Position numbers and translations under genes: made by a program. From an uncultured Candidatus Actinomarina sp. (GTDB lineage: Bacteria > Actinomycetota > Acidimicrobiia > Actinomarinales > Actinomarinaceae), in the NCBI GenBank assembly GCA_902610815.1, contig CACLXG010000001.1, positions 76,775 to 140,774 of the forward strand: DNA of 64,000 nt. The letters run 5' to 3'. Every line of letters starts with the position of its first letter. The first letter of the stretch is position 1. Below the pieces are notes generated by a model. It saw nothing but the letters and a program-made list of their open reading frames with translations, searched no databases and had not been told where the DNA came from. Positions 39,305 through 48,993 of this stretch are shown piece by piece.

Positions 39305-39802
39305 ATGAAATTAAATACCAAGATTAAGTCAATTGACTTGATCTCTTCAAAGGATAAGATACATTTCGACAGTGAAGGTAAATTTCCCATTAATTACGGT
39401 AATAATTTTATTGATGAGAATGAGCTAATTAATTTTCATTCAGAAATTGAACTGTTTGACGGGAGGCTGTCTTTTTCAATTTATGTTAATTTTAAATATC
39501 AGAGAAATTGTGGGAGATGTTTAACAATTTCAAATAACGATGATGAAAGTTCATCATTTATAACCTTGAATTTAAATGAAGAAAACGATTATGACATAAA
39601 TTATGACGATGAATATTATGATTTAGAACCTTTTATTTCTGAAATTATTATTGAAAAAATGGAAATAAATTATGTTTGTGAGAAAAAATGTAAGGGTCTT
39701 TGTTCTTTTTGTGGGATAAACTTAAATAAATTAAGTTGCAGTCATAAAGAAAAAAATTTAAAAGAAAGTCCATTTTCTTCTCTAAGTCAGCTAGATTTGT
39801 AG
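39305..39802 (+). CDS. yceD: DUF177/YceD family protein
   Basis: CGRCL, C..CKGLCSFCG.NLN..C, SPFSSL; upstream of rpmF. Confidence 0.85.
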   Translation: MKLNTKIKSIDLISSKDKIHFDSEGKFPINYGNNFIDENELINFHSEIELFDGRLSFSIYVNFKYQRNCGRCLTISNNDDESSSFITLNLNEENDYDINYDDEYYDLEPFISEIIIEKMEINYVCEKKCKGLCSFCGINLNKLSCSHKEKNLKESPFSSLSQLDL

Positions 39803-39820
39803 TTTGAAAGGAATATAACT

Positions 39821-40003
39821 ATGGCAGTGCCAAAGAAAAAAATGTCTAAATCTAGAACTAGACGTAGAAAAGCAACTCATAAAGTTTCAAAACCGCATTT
39901 TGTAGTTGACCCAGAGACCGGCGTCGCAAAACAGTCGCATAGGGTTAATCCTACAGATGGAACTTATAATGGCCGACAAGTTAAAGAACCAGAAGTAAGC
40001 TAA
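39821..40003 (+). CDS. rpmF: 50S ribosomal protein L32 (Cys-free form)
   Basis: MAVPKKKMSKSRTRRR..HRV..GTYNGRQV. Confidence 0.95.
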   Translation: MAVPKKKMSKSRTRRRKATHKVSKPHFVVDPETGVAKQSHRVNPTDGTYNGRQVKEPEVS

Positions 40004-40010
40004 AAAAATT

Positions 40011-40982
40011 ATGAATACTATTGCCGTAGATGCAATGGGTGGTGATTCAGCACCTGTAGAAATTGTTAAAGGTGCAATTAAAGCAAAAGAAAATGGTGTC
40101 AATGTTGTTTTATGTGGTGATGAAAATCTCATTAAACCGTATCTAGGATCCACAGAAATACCTGTCTATCATTTTCCACAAGTAATTTCTATGGACGAAG
40201 ATCCACTTAAAGCTGTAAGGTCCAAAAAAGAAGCATCAATAAATGGATGCATGCAATTGTTAAAAGATAAAAAAGTTGAAGCAGTATTTTCTGCAGGTTC
40301 TACTGGAGCAACTTTAATCAGTGCAATTACAATTTTGGGTAAACAAAAAAGTGTAATTAGGCCTGCAATTGCATCCGTCTTGCCAACTGTTGACAAAAGT
40401 GTAGTATTGCTTGATTCAGGAGCAAGTTTAGATGTTAAACCAAAAGTCCTTTTTCAATTTGCAGTTATGGGGTCAAAGCTTGCTGAAGCTTTATTTGATA
40501 TAGAGTCTCCAAAAATAGGACTATTAAACAATGGAGAAGAAGAGTCTAAAGGTAGAGAACTAGAAAAGTCTGCATTTAAATTATTAAATTCAAGTTCTTT
40601 AAATTTTATTGGAAATGTAGAAGGTAGAGATTTTGCAACAAGCAAAGTTGATGTATTTGTTACTGATGGGTTTACAGGTAATGTTGTATTAAAAACTTTA
40701 GAAGGAACTGCTAAACTTCAGCAGTATCTCATCTCAGACTCTTTAAAGAAAAATCTATTTAAACCCTTCATACCGTCAGTTAAAAAAGCATTAAAGCCTG
40801 TAAAAGATCAATTAAACCCTGATAAAACGAATGCATCTTATTTATTAGGTGTCAATGGTTTAGTAACAATTGGTCATGGATCATCTAAGCAAGAAGCAAT
40901 TATGAATGGTATTAATTACACAAATGAATCTATAAACAAGGATTTTATAGGGAAGTTTTCAGATGCCATTAGAGAGTTATGA
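40011..40982 (+). CDS. plsX: Phosphate acyltransferase PlsX
   Basis: IAVDAMGGD, SAGSTGA, RPAIA, FIGNVEGRD, TDGFTGN. Confidence 0.95.
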   Translation: MNTIAVDAMGGDSAPVEIVKGAIKAKENGVNVVLCGDENLIKPYLGSTEIPVYHFPQVISMDEDPLKAVRSKKEASINGCMQLLKDKKVEAVFSAGSTGATLISAITILGKQKSVIRPAIASVLPTVDKSVVLLDSGASLDVKPKVLFQFAVMGSKLAEALFDIESPKIGLLNNGEEESKGRELEKSAFKLLNSSSLNFIGNVEGRDFATSKVDVFVTDGFTGNVVLKTLEGTAKLQQYLISDSLKKNLFKPFIPSVKKALKPVKDQLNPDKTNASYLLGVNGLVTIGHGSSKQEAIMNGINYTNESINKDFIGKFSDAIREL

Positions 40983-41656
40983 GTAATTTAGAAGACTTAC
41001 AAAAAGATATTGGATATAAATTTAAAAATATAACATTTTTAAAGATTGCTTTAACTCACAAATCATATATTGACGATTATCCAAAATTACAATCAAATCA
41101 AAGGTATGAATTTTTTGGTGATGCAATACTAGATTTCGATCTAACTGAATATTTATTTGAAAATTATCCAGAATTGGACGAAGGAAGTCTTACGAAAATT
41201 AGATCGAGCGCTGTTAATCAGTTTTATCTTGTTGAGCTAGGAAAAAAAATCAATATTGGTAAGTATCTTTATTTAGGTTCAGCAGAAGATTCTACCGGAG
41301 GAAGATATAAAGACTCAATTATTGAAGATGCTCTGGAAGCTTTAATTGCTGCTTTATATTTTGATGGTGGTTTAAAAGCTGTAAATGATTTTGTTTCAAA
41401 ATTTATTTATCCAAGCATAAAGGACCTATCTCTAAATCCTGGACAAAAAGATTACAAAACAAGATTGCAAGAATACTTTGCTAAAAAGGGGTTAAAAGTA
41501 ATTTATCAAGATAGTTCACACGGACCTGATCATAATAAAAATTTTTCATCTGAAGTTTTATTAAATGATGAGGTAATAGGCGCTGGAGATGGAAAATCTA
41601 AAAAAAGTGCTCAACAATCTGCTGCAAAAGATGCTTTAGCAAAGTTAGATGCCTGA
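40979..41656 (+). CDS. rnc: Ribonuclease III
   Basis: ALTHKS, NQRYEFFGDAIL, DYKTRLQE dsRBD. Confidence 0.95.
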   Translation: MSNLEDLQKDIGYKFKNITFLKIALTHKSYIDDYPKLQSNQRYEFFGDAILDFDLTEYLFENYPELDEGSLTKIRSSAVNQFYLVELGKKINIGKYLYLGSAEDSTGGRYKDSIIEDALEALIAALYFDGGLKAVNDFVSKFIYPSIKDLSLNPGQKDYKTRLQEYFAKKGLKVIYQDSSHGPDHNKNFSSEVLLNDEVIGAGDGKSKKSAQQSAAKDALAKLDA

Positions 41657-42452
41657 ATTACCCGAAGTTGAATCTATACGAAGGGTTTTAAAAAATTCTT
41701 TAATAAATCAGAAATTACAAAAATATAAAATATTTGATCAACGAATAAATAGATTTAACAGTGCTAATCCAAGAAACTTAGGAGTTTTGCTTGATATATA
41801 TAGAAAAGGAAAGATTTTACAATTTAACTTTAAAAACAATTCAATTTTTTTTCATTTAGGAATGAGCGGAAGATTAGATCTAAATGGTATAAAAAATAAA
41901 CATACACATGGTATATTTTTTTTTGATGAAGACGTTTTGCTATATGATGATATTCGAAAGTTTGGTTATATAAAGATTCTTAAAAATGACTTAGCAGACA
42001 AACAATTTTCCACCCTAGGTCCAGACGCACTTTCATTATCAAAACTAGATAAAATCTTTGTAATGAATAAAGCAAACAAAAGTTCGACTAGTATTAAAAA
42101 ATTCTTGCTAAATCAGAAAAATTTAAGCGGACTTGGAAATATTTATGTTAATGAAATTTTATTTCTTACAGGTATTCATCCACATTCAACATCTTTTAAA
42201 TTAAAAGATACAAATTGGAATGATATATTTTCATATACGAAGAAAGTTTTACAAAAGGCTATTAAAAATAATGGAACAACCTTAAGTGATATGACTTATG
42301 TTCTACCGCAAGGTGTATATGGTAACAACCAAAATAATTTGTATATTTATGCAAAAGATAAGTGTTTTTCATGTTCAAATAAAATTGATAAAATGTTTAT
42401 AGATTCTAGAGCTACCTATGTGTGTAAAAAATGTCAGAAGAAAATAAATTAA
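41649..42452 (+). CDS. mutM: Formamidopyrimidine-DNA glycosylase
   Basis: PELPEVE N-terminus, HLGMSG, GLGNIY, C-terminal Zn finger. Confidence 0.93.
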   Translation: MPELPEVESIRRVLKNSLINQKLQKYKIFDQRINRFNSANPRNLGVLLDIYRKGKILQFNFKNNSIFFHLGMSGRLDLNGIKNKHTHGIFFFDEDVLLYDDIRKFGYIKILKNDLADKQFSTLGPDALSLSKLDKIFVMNKANKSSTSIKKFLLNQKNLSGLGNIYVNEILFLTGIHPHSTSFKLKDTNWNDIFSYTKKVLQKAIKNNGTTLSDMTYVLPQGVYGNNQNNLYIYAKDKCFSCSNKIDKMFIDSRATYVCKKCQKKIN

Positions 42453-43366
42453 CAGTTAAATTATATAGGGATGGTTCTATAGAGTCTTCTCATGAAGTAA
42501 AGCTTTACTCAAATAATTCACAATATGACGATTATTTTTTTCCTAGGTCTTCAGTCAAACCAATGCAAGTAATCCCTTTATTGCTTGAGTCATCAAATCA
42601 AAATATTGAATTTACTTCACAAGAGATAGCATTGTTTGCGGCATCACATTCTGGTCAAGTTGAGCATATAGAACTATTAAGAGAAACAGCAAAAAAATTT
42701 AAAGTTGATTTAGATAACATAATTTGTGGGCCTCAGCGACCTTTTCATGATGAAACTGCAGATAATTTGCTAATTTTAGGTGAGAAATATACTAAGTTGC
42801 ACAACAATTGTTCTGGCAAGCATTTATCAATGTTGATATTTTCTAAATTATTATCTGTTGATAGCAGTAATTACTATGAGTTAACTCATAAAACTCAAGA
42901 AATAACTAAACAGTACTTTATCGAAATATTTGAAAATGAAGATATTGGATTTGGTATTGATGGTTGTGGTCTGCCAGCAATAAATTTAAATGTAACAAAT
43001 TTTTTAAATTCTATAAAATTTATGCAGAAAAGTCGAAGTGCTGAATCTTGGAATAAGGTTTTTCAAGCTTATACAACTCATCCGGAAATAATAGGTGGTG
43101 AAAATAGAACGGATACAAATATAATTATTAATTCAGAACGAAAACTTTTAGCAAAATCAGGTGCAGAAGGAGTATTATTTGTTACTGATAATAATGAATC
43201 CTTTATATTTAACTGTATAGACGGTAGCAAAAGAGGAGTAGATTTGGCTGCATCTTACTTTCTATATTCAAATGGCTGGATAAGTAAAAAGCCTTTTGAA
43301 TATCTTGATAATATATACACATCTAACAGGCAAAATACGCGTGCTGTGGAAATAGAAGTAGTTTAA
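42431..43366 (+). CDS. Asparaginase II family protein
   Basis: RSSVKPMQ, SHSG, HNNCSGKH, DGCG, AKSGAEG. Confidence 0.85.
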   Translation: MSEENKLTVKLYRDGSIESSHEVKLYSNNSQYDDYFFPRSSVKPMQVIPLLLESSNQNIEFTSQEIALFAASHSGQVEHIELLRETAKKFKVDLDNIICGPQRPFHDETADNLLILGEKYTKLHNNCSGKHLSMLIFSKLLSVDSSNYYELTHKTQEITKQYFIEIFENEDIGFGIDGCGLPAINLNVTNFLNSIKFMQKSRSAESWNKVFQAYTTHPEIIGGENRTDTNIIINSERKLLAKSGAEGVLFVTDNNESFIFNCIDGSKRGVDLAASYFLYSNGWISKKPFEYLDNIYTSNRQNTRAVEIEVV

Positions 43367-43432
43367 AAAAAATTCAAAAATAAGAAATTTATTCCAATTA
43401 TTACTAATATGTAAGTAACAACAGGGTAATAA

Positions 43433-46078
43433 ATGTATTTAAAATCATTAGACATTAATGGGTTCAAGTCTTTTGCAGAAAAGACAACTATTCAATTATC
43501 AGACGAAGTAAATGTTATTGTTGGACCTAATGGTTCTGGAAAGTCAAATGTAGTAGATGCAATATCTTGGGTATTGGGAACTCAAAGCCCCGCCACTCTT
43601 AGAACTAACAAGATGGAAGATGTGATATTTGCTGGTACTGAAAAATTATCAGAAAAAGGATTTGCTGAGGTCTATTTAAATTTCGAAGTTGATGAACAAA
43701 AATTTAACGGAAATAGTGAAATTTCCATAGGAAGAAAACTGTTTAGAGATGGTACTTCTGAATATTTTATGAATGGCTTAAATTGCAGATTGTTAGATAT
43801 TCAAGAGTTTTTAAGTGACGTAGGTATAGGTAAACAGCAACACATTATAATTTCACAAGGTCAAATCGCTGAAATATTGAATTCAAAGCCTGAGGATCAC
43901 AGATTAACAATTGAAGAAGCTTCAGGAATTTTACCTTTAAGATCGAAAAAAGAAAAAGCGCTTAAGAGAATTGAATCTGGTGATAAAGAAATCAAAAGAG
44001 CTAAAGATGTTTTACGTGAGATTAGAAAACAACTGAAGCCTCTGCAAGAACAAGCTGAGCAGGCAAGGCTTCATGAAGATGTAACAAATCAATTAAAAGA
44101 TAGAAACATAAAACTACACACTTTGCTTTATAGAAAATTTCAAAATGAATATGAAGATTTAAAAATTAAAGAAAATGAACTTTCAAATTCAATTGATTCT
44201 ATTGAGTTAAAAGTTGAAAATTTGAAAAAAGAAAAACTAAGAATAAATAATGAACTTGGCGATGGAGTTTCCATTGGCTCTACATTTAAAGAACATTCTT
44301 CAAAAATCAACAATGTTACTGAACAATTAAGATCAATTGCTCAAGTGGCAAATGAAAGAAAAGATAATTTAGAACGTGAAGATTTTAGGAATATAGAGCA
44401 AATTAATAAAATTTCAAAAAAAATAGATCAAAATTCAGATCAGATAAATATGCTTTCTAATCAGTTGGTGTCTAAACAATTTTCTTTAAAGAATCTTCAA
44501 TCAACTTATGATGTTTTAAAAACTCAACTGGAGTCTGTTATTAAGAAGTCTTCTGCATCAAAAGAAGTAAATGAAGCTTTGCTAGAAAATGAAATTAAGT
44601 CATTACAAAAGTACATATCTGAAACATCACAAGATTTAGGAGTACTAAATCTTGAACTTAGTAAGTGGGAGAGCGATGTTAAAAATTCAGAAGACCTTTT
44701 ACAGAAATTTAATAATGATATTAAAAGCAATGAATTTAATATTTCTTCAAAAGATGAATATGTTACTTTTCATCAAAATATCTTAAATAGGGAATTTAAC
44801 TCATCAAAAGAAAAAATAGATCAAATAACTTCTAAGAATGAATCTATGGAAAGAGAATTAAGTCAAAAAGAAGTATTGCTTTCTGGAATTAATCAAAATG
44901 AAGAGTTTAAAATTGATATAAATAATCAGAAGATTGATTTAGAAAAACAGATTGAAAATTTAGAAAATCAAATAAGTTCAATTTCTAACCAATTAGTTAC
45001 TTCTCACGAAAGAATCAAAAATCTTACGGAACAAAATAATGAATTTCTTAATGAAAAAGAAAAAATTTCATTTACTAAAAATGCCACTTCAAAATCAGAT
45101 TTAGAAAAGCTTGTTTCTGAAATAAAAGACTTCATTACATTTACAAATAAAACTAGTAATTTATTAGCTCAAAAATCTGAAGAGTTTGATGATAAGTATG
45201 GAAATACTAATAAAAAAATTCAGAAAATTGATTCAGAAATTGAACAGTTAAATAAAAATTATTTTGATATAAAAGAGGAAAAAACCGCAGTAGTAATTAA
45301 ACTATCTGAAAATCAAGTTTCTACTTCATCTCATTTTTCTACATTAAAAAATATTTATGGTTTGAATGACGAAAGTCTTGTTCATGTCCAAACTGATGGA
45401 TTGATTCAACATACTTTAGAAAATGAAATAAAAAATTATGAGATTCAATTAGAAAATATAGGTACAGTAAATTATTTAGCTAAAGAAGATTTTGAAACTT
45501 TAAATTCAAGACATGAAGAAATAACAGGAAACATAGAAGACTTAAATTTAGCCAAAAAAGAATTGAATTCACACATTAAAGAAATTGAAAATGAAATATC
45601 ATTTAGAATTGAGTCTTCATTTAATTCAATTTCAGTACATTTTTCTGAAATATTTGAAACTTTGTTCCCTGGAGGAAAAGGATCTTTGTCATTCACAGAT
45701 AAAGAAAATATTTTAGAAACTGGAATTGATATTTCGGTACAACCTAAAGGTAAAAAGGTTAAAAAATTAAGTTTATTATCTGGTGGAGAAAGATCTTTAG
45801 CTGCAATAGCATTCTTGTTCTCTATATTTAAGTCATTCCCAAGCCCTTTTTATATACTTGATGAAGTTGAAGCTGCACTAGATGATGCTAATTTACATAG
45901 AATGATTAACTTATTAAAGCATGTAAAGGGAGATGCTCAATATATTATTGTTACACACCAACAGCAGACTATGCATGCTGGTGATGTTTTATATGGGGTT
46001 ACTATGGAGCCAGGTTCTGGATCAAGAGTGTTTACAAAAACTAAAGCAGATTTTGAAGAGTTGATAAACAAATCATGA
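43433..46078 (+). CDS. smc: Chromosome segregation ATPase SMC, short form (881 aa) with no recognisable hinge
   Basis: GFKSF, GPNGSGKSN, IISQG, LSGGE, LDEVEAALD, IVTH; the middle is continuous coiled coil. Confidence 0.88.
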   Translation: MYLKSLDINGFKSFAEKTTIQLSDEVNVIVGPNGSGKSNVVDAISWVLGTQSPATLRTNKMEDVIFAGTEKLSEKGFAEVYLNFEVDEQKFNGNSEISIGRKLFRDGTSEYFMNGLNCRLLDIQEFLSDVGIGKQQHIIISQGQIAEILNSKPEDHRLTIEEASGILPLRSKKEKALKRIESGDKEIKRAKDVLREIRKQLKPLQEQAEQARLHEDVTNQLKDRNIKLHTLLYRKFQNEYEDLKIKENELSNSIDSIELKVENLKKEKLRINNELGDGVSIGSTFKEHSSKINNVTEQLRSIAQVANERKDNLEREDFRNIEQINKISKKIDQNSDQINMLSNQLVSKQFSLKNLQSTYDVLKTQLESVIKKSSASKEVNEALLENEIKSLQKYISETSQDLGVLNLELSKWESDVKNSEDLLQKFNNDIKSNEFNISSKDEYVTFHQNILNREFNSSKEKIDQITSKNESMERELSQKEVLLSGINQNEEFKIDINNQKIDLEKQIENLENQISSISNQLVTSHERIKNLTEQNNEFLNEKEKISFTKNATSKSDLEKLVSEIKDFITFTNKTSNLLAQKSEEFDDKYGNTNKKIQKIDSEIEQLNKNYFDIKEEKTAVVIKLSENQVSTSSHFSTLKNIYGLNDESLVHVQTDGLIQHTLENEIKNYEIQLENIGTVNYLAKEDFETLNSRHEEITGNIEDLNLAKKELNSHIKEIENEISFRIESSFNSISVHFSEIFETLFPGGKGSLSFTDKENILETGIDISVQPKGKKVKKLSLLSGGERSLAAIAFLFSIFKSFPSPFYILDEVEAALDDANLHRMINLLKHVKGDAQYIIVTHQQQTMHAGDVLYGVTMEPGSGSRVFTKTKADFEELINKS

Positions 46079-46467
46079 ACGATAAAGAATTAGCACAATT
46101 AGCTAGAGATACTGCAAAAAAAGCTTATGCACCATATTCAAATTTTAGAGTTGGAGCAGCACTTATTGCAGATTCAGGAAATGTATATACAGGTTGTAAT
46201 ATAGAAAATGTATCTTATCCTGCAACTGTTTGTGGAGAGGATGTAGCTGTACTCAAAGCCATTTCAGAAGGTGAAACAAAAATTAATATATTAGCTGTAG
46301 CATGTATTGATGCAGAAGAAGAAGCAATATTTCCTTGTGGTGTTTCTAGGCAGCGAATGTCAGAGTTTGGTGTTGAGGATGTAATTGTTGTTCATAAGGA
46401 CAGTTTTGAAAAATATAAATTCGACGATGTGCTCCCGTACAATAATAAAATTCAGTTTAAAGATTAA
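46075..46467 (+). CDS. cdd: Cytidine deaminase (homotetrameric type, variant Zn site)
   Basis: AYAPYSNFRVGAAL, GCNIEN, CGE, PCGVSRQ. Confidence 0.85.
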   Translation: MNDKELAQLARDTAKKAYAPYSNFRVGAALIADSGNVYTGCNIENVSYPATVCGEDVAVLKAISEGETKINILAVACIDAEEEAIFPCGVSRQRMSEFGVEDVIVVHKDSFEKYKFDDVLPYNNKIQFKD

Positions 46468-47381
46468 ATATTGTCGTTCAATTTAGGTATAACACTTAGC
46501 GTGTCACCGACTATGCCTAAATCTGCTAATTGGAAAATAGGGGCTTCCTCATCCTTGTTAATAGCTATCACAAATTTTGAATCTTTCATACCAACTTGAT
46601 GCTGAGTTGCTCCAGAAATTCCACATGCAATATATACATCTGGCTTTACAGTTTTTCCTGTTTGTCCTACTTGTTGTGAATAGGGCATCCAACCAGCATC
46701 AACTATTGCTCTAGTACCACCAATAGCTGCATTCAATTTTGAAGCTAAAGTTTCAATTAATTCTAAATTCTCTTTGTCGACCATGCCTCTACCAGCTGAT
46801 ATGACAACTTTAGAATCTTCAAGCTGTGGACCAGATTTTTCTTCAATAAATATATCAAAAACTTCTAAATCACTGCTATCTAAATCAATAGATTCAAAAT
46901 CGTCATTAAAATTTACCTCAACAGGATCAAATGCTTTTGGTCTTATTAGTAATAGTGCTTGATCTGAATTAATCTTTGTTTTGTATAAACTTTCTCCACC
47001 ATTTATAGAATTCACTGTAGATACATTTCCTGATGCGACATCAAAATCAATAACATTTGATACTGGACTACTGTTTAAATCTACAGACAAAAATGAAATT
47101 AAATCCCTGCACATGTATGTTGAAGATCCCAGAATTAAACTGATTTCCTCATTTTTAATTATTTCAGAAATTTTTGTTGCAGCTTTTGACAAATTTAATG
47201 AATTGTTTTGTCTTTTGAGATAGGTTTGTTTACAAAGATCAAGACCGATTGATGGATTTTCATCACTACCGATAGTTACAACTTGAACATCTAAATCTAA
47301 GGACTTTGCTTTGCCTAATATTTCCAAAGTTCCAGAACTTAGGTTGTTGTTTATAATTTCACCAATTATTAAAGTTTTCAT
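46464..47381 (-). CDS. etfA: Electron transfer flavoprotein alpha subunit
   Basis: SAGRG, QQVGQTGKTV, GISGATQH, AINKD..APIF. Confidence 0.95.
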   Translation of the reverse strand: MKTLIIGEIINNNLSSGTLEILGKAKSLDLDVQVVTIGSDENPSIGLDLCKQTYLKRQNNSLNLSKAATKISEIIKNEEISLILGSSTYMCRDLISFLSVDLNSSPVSNVIDFDVASGNVSTVNSINGGESLYKTKINSDQALLLIRPKAFDPVEVNFNDDFESIDLDSSDLEVFDIFIEEKSGPQLEDSKVVISAGRGMVDKENLELIETLASKLNAAIGGTRAIVDAGWMPYSQQVGQTGKTVKPDVYIACGISGATQHQVGMKDSKFVIAINKDEEAPIFQLADLGIVGDTLSVIPKLNDNI

Positions 47382-48127
47382 ATTACTTTTAACTCTTTCA
47401 ATTTATTTACAATTTCTTGATAGGCTTCACCTTCATCAATAATTTTCTCACCGGATTTAGAATTTTCGACTGTTTCAATATCTATGAATTCAAGGTTCTG
47501 AGTTGTGTTAATGGTTAAGTCACTGATTGAAACCTGTTCTATTGGTTTGGACTTAGCTGCCATAATATCTTTAAAGTTTGGGTATCTTGGTTCAACCCCA
47601 CCTGCAGTTACAGATATAACACATTTTTCAGGCATATTTAATTTTTCAGAGCCTTCTACAGTTTGTCTAGTTAAAGTCACGTTATCATTAATTTCAACTG
47701 CTTTTACATATGAAATACATTCTAAGTCAAGATATCTTGAAACTTGCTGTGGAACCGTGCCAGAATAACCATCTGTAGACTCAGTGCCAAATATTACAAT
47801 ATCTGCCGACAGGGATTTTGCTAATTCACTAAGCACATTTGCAGTCATTAATGAGTTCGCACCTTTTAAGGATTCGTCATCAACAAATACAGCTTTGTCT
47901 GCACCCATTTGAAGTGCTTGTTGAAGACCTTTCTGTGTTCCAGATGGCCCCATTGAGATTATTGTGACTTCTGCATCAAATTTTTCTTTTAACTGGAGAG
48001 CAACTTCAATTCCATATCTGTCGGTATCATCTAAGACTTGTTCTTCAGGTCTTTCAATTGTTCCATTACTGTAGGTAACTTCATTTGCTGGATCAGGAAT
48101 TTGTTTAGCACAAACTGCAATTTTCAT
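47378..48127 (-). CDS. etfB: Electron transfer flavoprotein beta subunit
   Basis: VCAKQIPD, ALQMGAD, G.ESTDG, EPRYP. Confidence 0.93.
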   Translation of the reverse strand: MKIAVCAKQIPDPANEVTYSNGTIERPEEQVLDDTDRYGIEVALQLKEKFDAEVTIISMGPSGTQKGLQQALQMGADKAVFVDDESLKGANSLMTANVLSELAKSLSADIVIFGTESTDGYSGTVPQQVSRYLDLECISYVKAVEINDNVTLTRQTVEGSEKLNMPEKCVISVTAGGVEPRYPNFKDIMAAKSKPIEQVSISDLTINTTQNLEFIDIETVENSKSGEKIIDEGEAYQEIVNKLKELKVI

Positions 48128-48149
48128 ATCTATATATTAATTTATGTTT

Positions 48150-48974
48150 TTAATTATCTGAATTTAATTTAGATAAAAATTCCTTCATAAACCCTTGTAG
48201 TTTTTGTTTTGACTTATCAGCTATTTCAACAACTTCTTCATGGTTTAGTGGATCTTTACTTATTCCTGCTGCAAGATTTGTAACTAGAGAAAAAGCACTG
48301 ATTTCCATACCAGCATGTTTGGCAACTATTGCTTCTGGAACAGTTGACATTCCAACTAAGTCAGCTCCAATATTTTTTGCATATTGAACTTCTGCAGGCG
48401 TTTCGTACGATGGTCCCGTGAACCATGCATATATTCCTGTCTTAAATTCAAAATGATTTTCTGATGCTTTTTCGGCAAGTTTTAAGAAATTTCTACTATA
48501 AACTTCAGACATATCTGGAAATCTTGGACCAAATGTATCAAGGTTCTTGCCAATTAATGGATTATCTCCGGTTAAATTTATATGGTCCGTGATTGAAATT
48601 ATGTCTCCCGGAACATAATTATCTGATATACCACCAGCTGCATTTGTTAGTACAAGGTTTTTTACACCAAGCAATGAGAAAGCTCTAATAGGAATTACGA
48701 GGTCTTGGATAGGGTATCCTTCATAATAATGTGCTCTTCCTGACAAAATTGCAGTTAATTTATTATTAATGGACACTAGAGATAACTTACCGGCATGTCC
48801 TTCAATTGATGGAGTTAAAAAATTAGGAATATCTGAGTAATCTACTTGGCTTAATGGTTCATAGTTATCCTCAAAGCCCCCCATCCCTGAACCTAAAACA
48901 ATCATCGTATCTATGTTTTTATTATTGGTAAAAGTACTTATAAAGTCTTTAGCTTCGTTTATTTTTTCAATCAT
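48150..48974 (-). CDS. punA: Purine-nucleoside phosphorylase (trimeric type)
   Basis: VLGSG, GHAG, GRAHYYEG, TNAAGG, GPSYETPAE, VGMSTVPE. Confidence 0.93.
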   Translation of the reverse strand: MIEKINEAKDFISTFTNNKNIDTMIVLGSGMGGFEDNYEPLSQVDYSDIPNFLTPSIEGHAGKLSLVSINNKLTAILSGRAHYYEGYPIQDLVIPIRAFSLLGVKNLVLTNAAGGISDNYVPGDIISITDHINLTGDNPLIGKNLDTFGPRFPDMSEVYSRNFLKLAEKASENHFEFKTGIYAWFTGPSYETPAEVQYAKNIGADLVGMSTVPEAIVAKHAGMEISAFSLVTNLAAGISKDPLNHEEVVEIADKSKQKLQGFMKEFLSKLNSDN

Positions 48975-48993
48975 ATGTTTACAGATTAATAAT

